DNA of 64,000 bases from Burkholderiales bacterium (GTDB lineage Bacteria; Patescibacteriota; Minisyncoccia; Phycocordibacterales; UBA9973), in NCBI GenBank assembly GCA_023701005.1, contig JAMPXW010000002.1:113053-177052 (forward strand), in the 5' to 3' direction. Position 1 is the stretch's first letter. The number at the start of each line of letters is the position of its first letter. Under the pieces are notes generated by a model. The model was not told the origin of the DNA. It saw nothing but the letters and a program-made list of their open reading frames with translations, and ran no database searches. The translations under genes were made by a program, and so were the position numbers. This document shows, one piece after another, positions 10,646 through 21,248 of this stretch.

Positions 10646-11566
10646 TTAAATCTTTTTAGGGAAAATAACAGATAATATTATAGATGAAAAAAGAGCAAAC
10701 ATTATAACTCCAAAAGAAAGAAGTGAAGAAATATGCAAACCGAATATTCCAGAAAGCATCTTTAAACCAATAAAAAGCAAAATGAAAGCTAATCCTTTTT
10801 GTAAATGATGAAAACGATGTAAAACATTTTCTATTAAGAAAAACAAAGCACGAAGACCCATAATGGCAAGAATGTTTGAAGTAAAAACAATAAATAAGTT
10901 TTGAGAAATCGCAAAAACAGCGGGGATAGAATCAACGGCAAAAATAATATCTGTGGCTTCCACCAAAAGAACTATCATAAACAAAGAAGTAAAATAAAAC
11001 TTACCATTTTCTCGAACGAAAAATCTACCATTGTGATGACTATTTGTGAACGGCAGAATTTTATGCGCAAATTTTATTACTTTATTATTATTAAAATCTA
11101 TATGTTCTTCTTTTTTATCTTTTAATAATTTTATACCTGTATACAAAAGCACTGCACCAAAAATATATAATACCCAATAAAACTGATGAATAATATAGGC
11201 CCCTGCTCCTATAAAAATTCCTCGGAAAACGATGGCACCTAAAATACCCCAAAACAATGCTTTGTGATGATATTTTTCTTCTAATTTAAAGAAACTGAAT
11301 ATAAGCATTATCACAAAGAGATTATCTACGGAAAGCATCTTTTCTGTGACATAAGCGCTGATGAATTCAGCTGCCAACTCTTTACTCATATATAAAGAAA
11401 CAAGAAAACCAAACACGAGAGCTATGGCAATCCAAAATAAAGATTGATAAAGCGCTTCTTTAAATTCTATTTTATGACTTTTTCTATTGAAATAGCCTAG
11501 GTCAACAGCCAAAAAACCTACGATGATGACAGTAAATAAAATCATTAAATTACTTTGAGCTTCCAT
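10646..11566 (-). CDS. TerC/Alx family metal homeostasis membrane protein
   Basis: EKMLSVDNLFV, DIIFAVDSIPA, SNILAIMGLR. Confidence 0.93.
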   Translation of the reverse strand: MEAQSNLMILFTVIIVGFLAVDLGYFNRKSHKIEFKEALYQSLFWIAIALVFGFLVSLYMSKELAAEFISAYVTEKMLSVDNLFVIMLIFSFFKLEEKYHHKALFWGILGAIVFRGIFIGAGAYIIHQFYWVLYIFGAVLLYTGIKLLKDKKEEHIDFNNNKVIKFAHKILPFTNSHHNGRFFVRENGKFYFTSLFMIVLLVEATDIIFAVDSIPAVFAISQNLFIVFTSNILAIMGLRALFFLIENVLHRFHHLQKGLAFILLFIGLKMLSGIFGLHISSLLSFGVIMFALFSSIILSVIFPKKI

Positions 11567-11609
11567 GGTGATAGATTATAACATATATCATAAATAAATT
11601 TACAAAATA

Positions 11610-11642
11610 AAAAGTCCGGTTGATAAAAACAACCGGACTTCG
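11610..11642 (-). terminator. Intrinsic terminator
   Basis: aagtccggttg / caaccggactt inverted repeat with A tract. Confidence 0.7.
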
Positions 11643-11646
11643 AAAA

Positions 11647-12024
11647 TTACTTACTAAGCACTTCTTCGATCTTTTGTTTGAAAAGTGAAAAATCGAAAGG
11701 TGTAAAAATTAAATTATTAAAATCATTCTTTGCTACACTTTTAACATTTTCTTCTATCCGGTTTGACGCTATACCTATAACTGGCGTCTTATTTATACGA
11801 ATATCCGAATCTCCTCTTATCTTTTTTATAAGAGTTGTGTTGTGGCAATGAACATTCCAATCGCTTAGAACAAGCTTGTAATTACTATTTTCTCTTAATT
11901 TATTAATAGCATCCAAGCCATCGCTAGCTTCAACAAAATTAGTAAAATTAAGATTTTTTAATGAATTGCTAATACTTTTTCTTTTTTCAACCGAAGAACC
12001 TACAACTAAAATAACGCCACTCAT
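11647..12024 (-). CDS. CheY-like single-domain receiver protein (degenerate)
   Basis: EASDGLDA, VLSDWN, TPVI, TPF; GGAGG 6 nt before the ATG at 12024; acidic pocket and conserved Lys are altered. Confidence 0.7.
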   Translation of the reverse strand: MSGVILVVGSSVEKRKSISNSLKNLNFTNFVEASDGLDAINKLRENSNYKLVLSDWNVHCHNTTLIKKIRGDSDIRINKTPVIGIASNRIEENVKSVAKNDFNNLIFTPFDFSLFKQKIEEVLSK

Positions 12025-12043
12025 TTGCAACCTCCCTCGCTTA

Positions 12044-12292
12044 TTATTTGTTGGATTTAGATAAAGAAAAGCATTCTACTTTAAACACTTCTCTCTTTTT
12101 AGTATTTCGTGTAATTTTAATAAAAAAATTTTTTTCCTCTTCTTTAAATTTTTTATTCACTCTTTTCTGACATTCTTTCATGTCAAAAGATTCATGAACT
12201 GTAAAATTAAAGAATTCTCCAAATCTCATTTCTAAAAAAAATCTAGGATCCTTTATGGTATCCCAAAATAAAACTAATCCTGTTTCTAACAT
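12044..12292 (-). CDS. Hypothetical protein
   Basis: 82-aa ORF, GGAG 5 nt before the ATG, promoter-like TTGACT upstream. Confidence 0.5.
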   Translation of the reverse strand: MLETGLVLFWDTIKDPRFFLEMRFGEFFNFTVHESFDMKECQKRVNKKFKEEEKNFFIKITRNTKKREVFKVECFSLSKSNK

Positions 12293-12366
12293 TTTATCTC
12301 CAAAATTAAATTAACAAAGTTACAATTTATTTATTAAAAAATACCATTTTAAAAGATATAAGTCAA

Positions 12367-12382
12367 TGTGCGCCGGGTAGGA
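12367..12382. repeat. 16-bp direct repeat of the tRNA-Tyr 3' end (att-like)
   Basis: tgtgcgccgggtagga at 12367-12382 and 12534-12549. Confidence 0.8.
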
Positions 12383-12535
12383 ATTTCTATCCTTACAAGA
12401 TCAGTACACCTTTTCAATTTCGCTATGCAAAATAATGAAAAGCTTTTCGAATACTACACAAAAGCCAAACATTTGGCTTTCTCTCGGCGAGACATAAATT
12501 AAAAAGCTTGAGCAAAAGCTCAGCTTTTAATTTTG

Positions 12536-12618
12536 TGCGCCGGGTAGGATTCGAACCTACGTAGCCCGAAGGCGACAGATTTACAGTCTGTTGTAATTGA
12601 CCACTCTACCACCGACGC
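12536..12618 (-). tRNA. tRNA-Tyr(GTA)
   Basis: gcgtcgg acceptor, acaga-ctgtaaa-tctgt anticodon arm, long variable arm, ggttcgaatcc T-loop; CCA not encoded. Confidence 0.96.
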
Positions 12619-12735
12619 GTTTATATAAAATAACATAAAAAATATTTTTTTGCATCTTTTTTTTAAAAATTGACTTTTAAAAACAAAGTTGTAAAGTTTA
12701 AATAAATAAACAGCTTTTTGAAAAAGGAGAATAAA

Positions 12736-12885
12736 ATGGAAAAGACATTATTTTTCGGTAGAATAATTGTTTTCTGGATATTTCTACTATTCTTGGCAAT
12801 AACCATAATAGTAGCTTTTATCCCCTACTTCGTCTGCTCATCTTTAGATAAACAAAAAAACTTTAATGGTTTTGATTTTTCTTAA
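12736..12885 (+). CDS. Small membrane peptide, 49 aa (MEKTLFFGRIIVFWIFLLFLAITIIVAFIPYF...)
   Basis: Not in the ORF track; AAGGAG SD, one hydrophobic helix, promoter-like TTGACT-17-TAAAGT upstream. Confidence 0.5.
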   Translation: MEKTLFFGRIIVFWIFLLFLAITIIVAFIPYFVCSSLDKQKNFNGFDFS

Positions 12886-12913
12886 AAATAACAAAAACTA
12901 AAATGAGGTTCGT

Positions 12914-13819
12914 ATGGAGAACAAAAGAAAATTATTTTTAGTAATAGAAGATGACTATGCATCTTCTAAGCTATTACATAATTATTTGAATTACGGTAGT
13001 TTTGATTCAATTATCGTCAGTTCTGAAATACAAGTTTGGGATATTTTAGAGAAAAAAGAAATATCAATCATTCTTGTTGATGAAGAATACACCCAAAACA
13101 AATTATTTCTAGAAAAAATAATTCAGCATCCAAAAACACAAAATATTTCTATCCTAATTATTGGAGTAGATTATGAATTACAAAAAATCACCCTAGTAAA
13201 AGAAATTGATTATTTTATGCAAAATGAAGAATCTTTCAAAGATTACATAAATATGGAAGATCTTCATTGTAAACTTGAATCAATTTTTAATTCAGGTAAA
13301 GAAATTGGAAATATCTTAGAGAACATTCACGTTACTGAAAAAAAATCCCAAAAAATCCTTTTGGCTGAAGATTATAAACATTCTCAGCTGATATTAGTTA
13401 GGCTCTTAAAAAACATGGGTTTAGAAAATGTTATTGTTGCTGAAAATGGGGAAGAGGCTTTGAAATTAGCTGCATTAAATCATTTTGATTTAATGCTTAT
13501 CGATATGCAAATGCCAATAATGAATGGATTTGAAGCCACCAAAAAAATACGATTATTGGATAAATATAAAGAAACTCCAATAATCGCACTCACTGCCTTC
13601 GCAATGAGAGGCGACAGAGAAAAATGTATTGAAGCTGGAGCCACAGACTACCTAGCAAAACCGATCGATAGTAATGATTTTAAAGTTAAATTAAATTACT
13701 ATCTTGATTTACTAACATCCCAAAAAGGTATTTTAGTAGAAGATCGTTCTACTATCAAAAAAGAATTGATTGTACTAAATTTCAAAAATTCTTTTTGCCG
13801 AGCAGAAGCTCATGCATAG
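12914..13819 (+). CDS. Double receiver-domain response regulator
   Basis: Degenerate N-terminal receiver; canonical second receiver ILLAED, IDMQMPIMNG, IIALTAFAMRGDREKCIEAGATDYLAKP. Confidence 0.88.
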   Translation: MENKRKLFLVIEDDYASSKLLHNYLNYGSFDSIIVSSEIQVWDILEKKEISIILVDEEYTQNKLFLEKIIQHPKTQNISILIIGVDYELQKITLVKEIDYFMQNEESFKDYINMEDLHCKLESIFNSGKEIGNILENIHVTEKKSQKILLAEDYKHSQLILVRLLKNMGLENVIVAENGEEALKLAALNHFDLMLIDMQMPIMNGFEATKKIRLLDKYKETPIIALTAFAMRGDREKCIEAGATDYLAKPIDSNDFKVKLNYYLDLLTSQKGILVEDRSTIKKELIVLNFKNSFCRAEAHA

Positions 13820-13832
13820 TGTTTCTTAATCG

Positions 13833-13863
13833 AATAGCCGTTGGTCAATGACCAACGGCTATT
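13833..13863. terminator. Bidirectional terminator / near-perfect palindrome
   Basis: aatagccgttggtca-a-tgaccaacggctatt between convergent genes. Confidence 0.75.
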
Positions 13864-13864
13864 T

Positions 13865-16543
13865 TTATTTTTCCAGAACTTTTACTTTTAATAATTTCTT
13901 CTTTCCCTTCCTAGTTTCAATAAAAATATCTTTATCCTTTACAGAAACATAAACACTATCTCCTTTTTGCAAATTATTAGAAATAATAAACGAAGCAACT
14001 GGATTTAATATCTTATTTTGAATTAAACGATTAAGTGGCCTTGCGCCATAATGTGGATCATATCCTTCTTTTGCTAAATAAGAAAATGCTTCATCTTTTA
14101 TATTCAATTCTATACCCTTTGCCAAAAGTCTTTCTTTTACCACATTTATTCTCAAACTGACTATCTCTTTTATCGATTCCAAAGAAAGAATATCAAAAAC
14201 GATAATTTCATCTAAGCGATTTATAAACTCAGGACGAAAATGATCTTTCATCGCTTCCATGACTTTCTCTTTCATGTTACTATAATCTTCCTTATCAGAT
14301 TTATTAGAAAAACCGATTGATTCCATCTTCTCTATAAATTGAGAACCAATGTTAGAAGTGAGGATGATGATAGTATTTTTAAAATTAACAACTCTACCCT
14401 TTCCGTCTGTTAATCTTCCTTCATCTATTACTTGCAAAAGAGTATTAAAAACTTCTGGATGAGCTTTTTCAATTTCATCAAAAAGTATCACAGAAAAAGG
14501 ACGATGTCTCACAGATTCTGTAAGCTGCCCCGCTTCGTCATATCCCACATATCCAGGAGGAGAACCTATAAGCTTAGAAATAGAATGCTTCTCCATGTAT
14601 TCAGACATATCTACACGGATAAGCGCACTGTCATCATTAAACATAAATTGAGCTATAGCTTTCGTAAGCTCTGTCTTTCCCACACCCGTAGGTCCCAAGA
14701 AAATAAAAGAACCATTGGGCCTATTTGGATCACCAATACCAGCACGAGATCGACGTATAGCATCAGCCACACGTTTGATGGCTTCATCTTGCCCAACGAC
14801 TCTTTTCTTTAATTCTTCTTCAATCCTTTGCAATTTTATTCTGTCTTCTTCAAGCATCTTGGTAAGAGGTACTCCAGTCCAACGAGCCACGACTTCTGCA
14901 ATATCTTCAGCTGTCACTTCTTCTTTCAAAATTCTTCTAGATTTTTGTAATTTCTTCAGGCGCAAAAGTTTTGTATCCAATTCTTTTTTCAAAGTAGGAA
15001 TCTTTCCATAACGAATCTCTGCTGCTAAAGATAAATCAGCTCTCATTTCAGCATCTTCAGCTAACAAACGCAAAGAATCTAACTCTTTTTTTATGGCACG
15101 AATCTCTACTACTGTGTCTTTCTCATTTTGCCATTTTAATTCTAATTCTTTTGTTTTCTCATGAAGGTTAGCTATCTCTTTATCAATTTCTTTTATCCTG
15201 CTTTTATTTATTTTATTTTCTTCTTTGGAGCTATTATCAATCTCTTTTTTCAATGCTTCCTTTTCTATTTCCAAACGCATTATCTTTCTGTGTGCATCTT
15301 CTAAAATAGGTGGTTTGTTTTCTAAAGCTATTTTTAATGAAGAAGAAGCTTCATCTATTAGGTCTACAGCTTTGTCAGGTAAAAATCTGCTAGTCACATA
15401 ACGAGTAGATAAATTTACAGCAGAAACAATAGCATCATCTGTAATTCGCACGCCATGAAAAAGCTCATACTTTTCTTTTAATCCACGAAGTATCGTAATA
15501 GCATCTTCCACACTTGGTTCTTCTATATATACTGGTTGAAATCTACGAGCAAGCGCAGGATCTTTCTCTATGTGTTTTTGATATTCTTTTAAAGTTGTAG
15601 CACCTATCGCTCTCAATTCTCCACGAGATAAAGCTGGTTTTAACATATTAGAAGCATCCATAGTGCCTTCAGAACCACCTGCTCCTACTATCGTATGTAT
15701 CTCATCAATAAATAAAATTATTTTCCCATCAGCTCTTTCAATCTCTTTCATTATGCCCTTCAATCTTTCTTCAAATTCTCCCCTATACTTTGTTCCAGCA
15801 ATGAGTAAACCTAAATCTAAAGAAACTAATTCTTTGTCTTTCAAAGATTCAGGAACATTGTTTTTAGCTATTCTCTCTGCCAAACCTTCCACAACTGCAG
15901 TCTTTCCTGTGCCTGCTTCTCCTATCAAGATAGGATTGTTCTTTGTTCTACGAGAAAGAATCTGAACAATACGCATTATCTCATTGTCTCGTCCTATCAC
16001 TGGGTCTAATTTATCTTCTTTTGCTAATTTAGTTAGATTACGAGTATATTTTAAAATTAATTTAAATTTCTTAGGTTCTGAATTTTCTGTAACATTTTGG
16101 TTACGCAACTCTTCCAACACTTTTACAACTGGCTCTTTAAGAATTTTAAATCTTGCTAAAACTTCTCTGGCTTCTCCTGTTACATCCAACATGGCTATAA
16201 AAAGATGTTCAGTAGAAACGAAATCATCTTTCATGTATTCTGCTAATTTTACTGAATGCTCTATAACTTGAGCTAGGTCTGGATTTAAATATATTTGATA
16301 TGCAGGAGAAAGAGTACTTTGTGATTCAGGAGATTCTATGGCTTCCAGGATATTTTCTGTTAAAAACATCGTATCTATTTCCAATTTATCTAAAATAGCA
16401 TTCACTATACTTTCCTCTTGCAATAAAAGTGCTGCCAAAAGATGCATAGAAGAAACGTGGTTTTGGCCACGCTCAATAGCTAGCTCGTGAGCTTTTTTGA
16501 TAGATTCTTTTGCTTTAGTTGTAAATTTATTAAGTGGTGGCAT
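13865..16543 (-). CDS. clpB: ATP-dependent chaperone ClpB
   Basis: Two AAA modules (GEAGTGKT, GPTGVGKTE), long coiled-coil middle domain, GARPL. Confidence 0.93.
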   Translation of the reverse strand: MPPLNKFTTKAKESIKKAHELAIERGQNHVSSMHLLAALLLQEESIVNAILDKLEIDTMFLTENILEAIESPESQSTLSPAYQIYLNPDLAQVIEHSVKLAEYMKDDFVSTEHLFIAMLDVTGEAREVLARFKILKEPVVKVLEELRNQNVTENSEPKKFKLILKYTRNLTKLAKEDKLDPVIGRDNEIMRIVQILSRRTKNNPILIGEAGTGKTAVVEGLAERIAKNNVPESLKDKELVSLDLGLLIAGTKYRGEFEERLKGIMKEIERADGKIILFIDEIHTIVGAGGSEGTMDASNMLKPALSRGELRAIGATTLKEYQKHIEKDPALARRFQPVYIEEPSVEDAITILRGLKEKYELFHGVRITDDAIVSAVNLSTRYVTSRFLPDKAVDLIDEASSSLKIALENKPPILEDAHRKIMRLEIEKEALKKEIDNSSKEENKINKSRIKEIDKEIANLHEKTKELELKWQNEKDTVVEIRAIKKELDSLRLLAEDAEMRADLSLAAEIRYGKIPTLKKELDTKLLRLKKLQKSRRILKEEVTAEDIAEVVARWTGVPLTKMLEEDRIKLQRIEEELKKRVVGQDEAIKRVADAIRRSRAGIGDPNRPNGSFIFLGPTGVGKTELTKAIAQFMFNDDSALIRVDMSEYMEKHSISKLIGSPPGYVGYDEAGQLTESVRHRPFSVILFDEIEKAHPEVFNTLLQVIDEGRLTDGKGRVVNFKNTIIILTSNIGSQFIEKMESIGFSNKSDKEDYSNMKEKVMEAMKDHFRPEFINRLDEIIVFDILSLESIKEIVSLRINVVKERLLAKGIELNIKDEAFSYLAKEGYDPHYGARPLNRLIQNKILNPVASFIISNNLQKGDSVYVSVKDKDIFIETRKGKKKLLKVKVLEK

Positions 16544-16607
16544 AAGATAAATTATAAAGTTAAAAGTTTATAAATGTAAAATTGATTATTAAAAAGATAT
16601 TAAAAAC

Positions 16608-17387
16608 TTATGGAGTTTTAGTTTCTACTTTAACATCTTTTGCTTTCAATGATTCTAAAATAGAATCGATAGAAGCGAAAGAATTAGAATCTGATGACAA
16701 AGCTATTCCCAAGACTTCTCCATCCAAATTTAGAACCATAGCTCCACCGTTTGATTTTGTGACATTTATTTTTATGTCTTTATCCCCTTCAAAAATAAAA
16801 GAAGAAATTGTGCTACCTAAAACTAATATTTTCTGTCCAATTTTCATTTTGCTTAAATCTCCAAAAACTGGAACCGTGTAAGATATTTTATTTTTCTCAT
16901 CAATAGGTGCGCCTATCTTAATTAAAGAAAAACCATTTTTACTTGAAGAAACAAAAGAAGCTTTAAATTTACCACTAGAATTCTTTACAAAATAAGTTCC
17001 CCCTTCGTAGACAGAAGAACTATCAGTGACAATAATACCTTCATTGGATATTACGAAACCTTTTCCAGCTGAAACTTCAATTATATTACCTATCTCATCT
17101 TGTGCATCTTTTGTTATAGAAAAGACAGAAGCTTCATTTTTTGCAATAGCATCTACAACTAAATCTTCCTCCTTAATAATGACTGTCTGAACTGTATCTT
17201 TACCAGGAAGAGAAGGAACTATTTTCTCTACTGTTTGACGTACTATACGATTAATAGGCACCGTCACAGAAGAAGGTGCTTGTTGCATCAAGGTAACAGT
17301 CGTTATGCCTGTCGCTATGGATGTGATAAATGAAAGCAATAATGCCAACAATATAAGTTGTGATTTATTTAAATCTTTAACGTCCAT
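16608..17387 (-). CDS. Membrane-anchored trypsin-like fold protein, probably catalytically inactive
   Basis: N-terminal TM, GKGFVISNEGIIVT, GGAMVLNLDGEVLGI; catalytic His and Ser not evident. Confidence 0.6.
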   Translation of the reverse strand: MDVKDLNKSQLILLALLLSFITSIATGITTVTLMQQAPSSVTVPINRIVRQTVEKIVPSLPGKDTVQTVIIKEEDLVVDAIAKNEASVFSITKDAQDEIGNIIEVSAGKGFVISNEGIIVTDSSSVYEGGTYFVKNSSGKFKASFVSSSKNGFSLIKIGAPIDEKNKISYTVPVFGDLSKMKIGQKILVLGSTISSFIFEGDKDIKINVTKSNGGAMVLNLDGEVLGIALSSDSNSFASIDSILESLKAKDVKVETKTP

Positions 17388-17390
17388 AAA

Positions 17391-18569
17391 TCAATTATAC
17401 CACTTTTTTAACTTTAACAAAATTTGAGATAAAACTTTTAAAGTATAATCTATATCTTCTTTTTTTGTATTTTTACCCAAAGAAAAACGAAGACCTCCAA
17501 TCTCCTTCTGCGGAAGCAAGGCTTCTGCAGAATGCAAAGCTTCTATAACATAAGAACCTTCTTTGTTGGAACTTTTACAAGCACTCTTTGAAGATGTCAT
17601 CACACCCTTAGCAGACAATTCGAGCACCAAAAGATCACTCGGGATTTTATTAAATGTCACATTTATGTTGTTTGGCAATCTATTCTCCAGATCTCCATTT
17701 AAAAAACAACCAAATTTAATAATTTTTTTAATAAAATAATCTCTTAATTTTATTAAACGTTTATTTTCTTTTTCACTACCTTCTATAGTAGATTTCAATG
17801 CTTTAGATAATTTTAATATTTCTGGTAGATTTTCTGTACCTCCTCTTAATCCCATCTCTTGATCACCACCACCAAACAAAGGCGAGAGCTTCACGTTTCT
17901 CTTTTTATAAAGCACTCCTATTCTTCCTGCCCTCTCTATTTTAGTTCCTGAAATAGATAATAAATCTACGCCCAATCTTTCAACATTCACATCCAAATAA
18001 TTTATCGCTTGCACAGCATCTGTATGGAACAGGCAAGGCCTGTCTTTTAACAGGCCTTGCCTGTTATTTTTATTAAAATGTCTAATCTCTTTTGCTATTT
18101 CTCTAATAGGCTGAATCGTGCCTATCTCATTATTTGCATACATCACAGACACAAGGACAGTGTTCCCTTTCAACTCTTTTCTAATTTTTTTAGGATCTAA
18201 TATTCCATTTTCTTCTACTGGCAATATTGTTATCTCTGCTAGTTTTCTTTTTTCAAGAATTTTAAATGTTTCCAAAACAGAAGGATGTTCAATATTGGTA
18301 GTTATTATATGAGGTTTAATTTTGTTAGAATTTTTTTCTAAAAAAGAATAAACAGCACCTTGTATGGCAAGGTTGTTGCTTTCCGTACCACCACTAGTAA
18401 AAAATACTTCATCATCATGAGCTCCCAACACCAAAGCTACTTCTTTTCTTGCTTTTTGTAGATCTTTTTTAGCTTTTACGCCGAGAGAATGTATCGAACT
18501 TGGATTAGGCAGGACAGAAGCTGCGTAATCTAAATATATATTCTTTAATTTTCGGTTTGATTTTGCCAT
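17391..18569 (-). CDS. iscS: Cysteine desulfurase, IscS/NifS type
   Basis: IYLDYAA, FTSGGTESNN, NNEIGTIQP, HTDAVQ, SGTK, SSKSAC, LRFSLG. Confidence 0.88.
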   Translation of the reverse strand: MAKSNRKLKNIYLDYAASVLPNPSSIHSLGVKAKKDLQKARKEVALVLGAHDDEVFFTSGGTESNNLAIQGAVYSFLEKNSNKIKPHIITTNIEHPSVLETFKILEKRKLAEITILPVEENGILDPKKIRKELKGNTVLVSVMYANNEIGTIQPIREIAKEIRHFNKNNRQGLLKDRPCLFHTDAVQAINYLDVNVERLGVDLLSISGTKIERAGRIGVLYKKRNVKLSPLFGGGDQEMGLRGGTENLPEILKLSKALKSTIEGSEKENKRLIKLRDYFIKKIIKFGCFLNGDLENRLPNNINVTFNKIPSDLLVLELSAKGVMTSSKSACKSSNKEGSYVIEALHSAEALLPQKEIGGLRFSLGKNTKKEDIDYTLKVLSQILLKLKKWYN

Positions 18570-18593
18570 TAAAATAGTATATATTGAAAACGT

Positions 18594-19049
18594 ATGAATA
18601 CAAAGCTCGAAGCTGTTTTTTTTATTGTTTTCTTAATTACTATTCTAATAGGCGCTATTTGGATTATTCGAACAGAAAAACGCTTAAAAAGATTTTTTGC
18701 TGGTAAGAAAGGAAAAGATTTAGAAGAAAATATAATTCTTTTAGAAAAAAATATAGCCAATCTAGAATCAGCAAAAACAAAAATAGAAAAAGAGCTTATA
18801 GAAGTAAATAATAAATTGAAAAAAAGCATAAGAGGCATGGAGACAATAAGATTCAATCCATTTCCTGATCAAGGAAGCAATCAAAGTTTTGCTGTAGGAA
18901 TGTTAAACGAAGATGGAGATGGTGTTGTATTTTCTAGTCTATATTCTCGTGAACGAATGAGTGTATTTGCTAAACCTATCAAAAACGGAAAATCAGAATA
19001 TGAACTTACCGCAGAAGAAAAAGAAGTATTGAGTAAAGCAAAAGTATAG
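18594..19049 (+). CDS. DUF4446-like membrane-anchored protein
   Basis: N-terminal TM, coiled coil, RFNPF..QGSNQSF, FAKPI...LTAEEKE. Confidence 0.8.
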   Translation: MNTKLEAVFFIVFLITILIGAIWIIRTEKRLKRFFAGKKGKDLEENIILLEKNIANLESAKTKIEKELIEVNNKLKKSIRGMETIRFNPFPDQGSNQSFAVGMLNEDGDGVVFSSLYSRERMSVFAKPIKNGKSEYELTAEEKEVLSKAKV

Positions 19050-19058
19050 TAAAAAAAT

Positions 19059-20579
19059 ATGGAAAAAATAAATGAAAACAAAAATACAGAACGACCACCC
19101 GTAGTCGTGATAATGGGACATATTGATCATGGTAAATCAACACTTCTTGATTATATAAGAAAATCAAACATAGTAGACAAAGAAGTAGGAGGTATAACTC
19201 AAAATATTTCTGCATATGAAGTAATACATTCTACTAAAGATGGAATAGAAAAAAAGATAACTTTTATAGATACACCTGGCCATGAATCATTTTCTAAAAT
19301 GCGTGAACGAGGTGCAGAGATAGCCGACATAGCCATATTGATAGTATCAGCCGAAGACGGAGTAAAGCCTCAAACCATAGAAGCTTGGAAAACTATCGTT
19401 GAAAATAATATTCCAGCGATTGTCGCGATAAACAAAATAGATAAGCCGAATGCCAACGTAGAAAAAACAAAAACAGAACTCGCTGAAAATGAAATATATC
19501 TTGAAAATTATGGAGGCAAAATTCCCTTCGTAGAAATATCAGCTAAGACAGGTACTCATGTCGATGATCTTTTGTCCTTGATAAACATACTAGCTGAAAT
19601 GGAAAATTTTACTGGGAACAAAGAACAAGATGCTTCTGGTTTTGTATTAGAGGCAAATTTAGATTCAAAAAGAGGCATCCAGGCTACTCTTATCATAAAA
19701 GATGGAACAATCAAAAAAGGCATGACTTTGGTTGTGGAAGACAGTATTTGCTCTACAAACATAATGGAGAATTTCTTAGGTGAAAAAATAAATGAAGCAA
19801 GCTTTTCTTCTCCTATCAGACTCATAGGTTTTTGTAAAATGCCAAAAATAGGAGCCCCTTTTAAATCTTTCCAAAATAAAAAAGATGTAGAAAAATATAT
19901 AAATTCTTTAAATCTCAAGGATGCTCTTTTAGAAAAGTCTTCTAAAGATCGTACATCAAGTGCTAATAGTAATAAGAAAATAATACCAATAATATTAAAG
20001 GCTGATATATCAGGATCAATAGAAGCTATTGAAAAAGAAATAAACAAAATAAAAAATGATGGCGCTGAATTTAGAATAGTGCAAAAAGGAGTAGGACCAA
20101 TATCTGAATCTGATATCAAAAATATCGGTGGTTGTGAAAATGTATTGGTTATCGCTTTCAATGTAAAAATAGACAAAAGTGCAATAGAATTAGCAAACAA
20201 AAGAGGCATTTTAATATCATCCTTTGACATAATATACAAAATGACAGAGTGGCTAGAAATTGAAATGGAAAACCGTAGGCCTAAAGTAGAGACAATAGAA
20301 ACCACAGGTAGAGCAAAAATATTAAAAGTTTTTAGTCGTACAAAAGAAAGACAAATAGCTGGTGGTAAGGTCATACAAGGAAGAATGATTTTAGATAAAG
20401 TAGTAAAAATAATGCGAAGAGAATTTGAAATAGGAAAAGGTAAAATAATAAATCTAGAAAAAGCAAAGACAAAAGTACGAGAGGTGGAAGAAGGAGCAGA
20501 ATTTGGAATGATGATAGAATCAAAAATAGAAATAGTCGAAGGAGACGTGATTGAATCTTTTAATATCACACAAAAATAA
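19059..20579 (+). CDS. infB: Translation initiation factor IF-2 (no N-terminal extension)
   Basis: [37 protein letters not shown]. Confidence 0.96.
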   Translation: MEKINENKNTERPPVVVIMGHIDHGKSTLLDYIRKSNIVDKEVGGITQNISAYEVIHSTKDGIEKKITFIDTPGHESFSKMRERGAEIADIAILIVSAEDGVKPQTIEAWKTIVENNIPAIVAINKIDKPNANVEKTKTELAENEIYLENYGGKIPFVEISAKTGTHVDDLLSLINILAEMENFTGNKEQDASGFVLEANLDSKRGIQATLIIKDGTIKKGMTLVVEDSICSTNIMENFLGEKINEASFSSPIRLIGFCKMPKIGAPFKSFQNKKDVEKYINSLNLKDALLEKSSKDRTSSANSNKKIIPIILKADISGSIEAIEKEINKIKNDGAEFRIVQKGVGPISESDIKNIGGCENVLVIAFNVKIDKSAIELANKRGILISSFDIIYKMTEWLEIEMENRRPKVETIETTGRAKILKVFSRTKERQIAGGKVIQGRMILDKVVKIMRREFEIGKGKIINLEKAKTKVREVEEGAEFGMMIESKIEIVEGDVIESFNITQK

Positions 20580-20899
20580 TGGAAAGAAAAGAAAAAGTAG
20601 CAAATTTAATAAAAGAATTAAGTGCACAATTTCTAGAAAGAGAAAACAATCATACTTCTCTTGTCACTGTGACATCTTGTGACGTTTCTCCAGATATCAA
20701 ACGTGCCACTATATATATAACGGTACTCCCCGATAGCAAAGAAAAAGCTGCTCTCGATTTCGCAAAAAGAAAAAGAGGAGAATTGCGTGATCATTTAAAG
20801 AAAAATATGGAAGTTAAGAATATTCCTTTTATTGATATTGAGTTAGATCTTGGAGAAAAGAATAGACAAAAAATTGACGAATTATTAAGAGCACAGTAA
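20579..20899 (+). CDS. rbfA: Ribosome-binding factor A
   Basis: Follows infB; VTVT..DVSPD, IP.I...LD...KIDELL. Confidence 0.9.
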   Translation: MERKEKVANLIKELSAQFLERENNHTSLVTVTSCDVSPDIKRATIYITVLPDSKEKAALDFAKRKRGELRDHLKKNMEVKNIPFIDIELDLGEKNRQKIDELLRAQ

Positions 20900-20912
20900 T
20901 ATTTATAAATAA

Positions 20913-20984
20913 GGCCTGGTAGCCAAGTGGTAAGGCAGAGATCTGCAAAATCTCTATGCGGCGGTTCAATTCCGCCCCAGGCCT
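20913..20984 (+). tRNA. tRNA-Cys(GCA)
   Basis: ggcctgg/ccaggcc acceptor, gagat-ctgcaaa-atctc anticodon arm. Confidence 0.95.
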
Positions 20985-21053
20985 CCCTAAAACTTTTGTT
21001 TTAGAATTGTAATTTAAAAATAAATATATATAATAAATTGGTTAGTTTAAAAT

Positions 21054-21135
21054 GCCCGGATGGCGGAACTGGTATACGCGCACGACTTAAAATCGTGTCT
21101 CGCAAGGGATGTGGGTTCGATTCCCACTCCGGGCA
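21054..21135 (+). tRNA. tRNA-Leu(TAA)
   Basis: gcccgga/tccgggc acceptor, cacga-cttaaaa-tcgtg, long variable arm. Confidence 0.95.
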
Positions 21136-21248
21136 CATTGCAAAATTAATTTTGCAAATAAAATAACTTATTTTCCGCCCTTAGCTGTTTTGGTAGGTAT
21201 ACAGCTAAATAAATGTTCTTTTGTTATAATGTTTCAATTATTTATTTT

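Noticed and set aside
19556-20569. 337-aa minus-strand ORF, and other antisense ORFs over rpsA, gyrA, clpB and typA
   Set aside because: Shadow frames of well-identified genes, caused by codon bias
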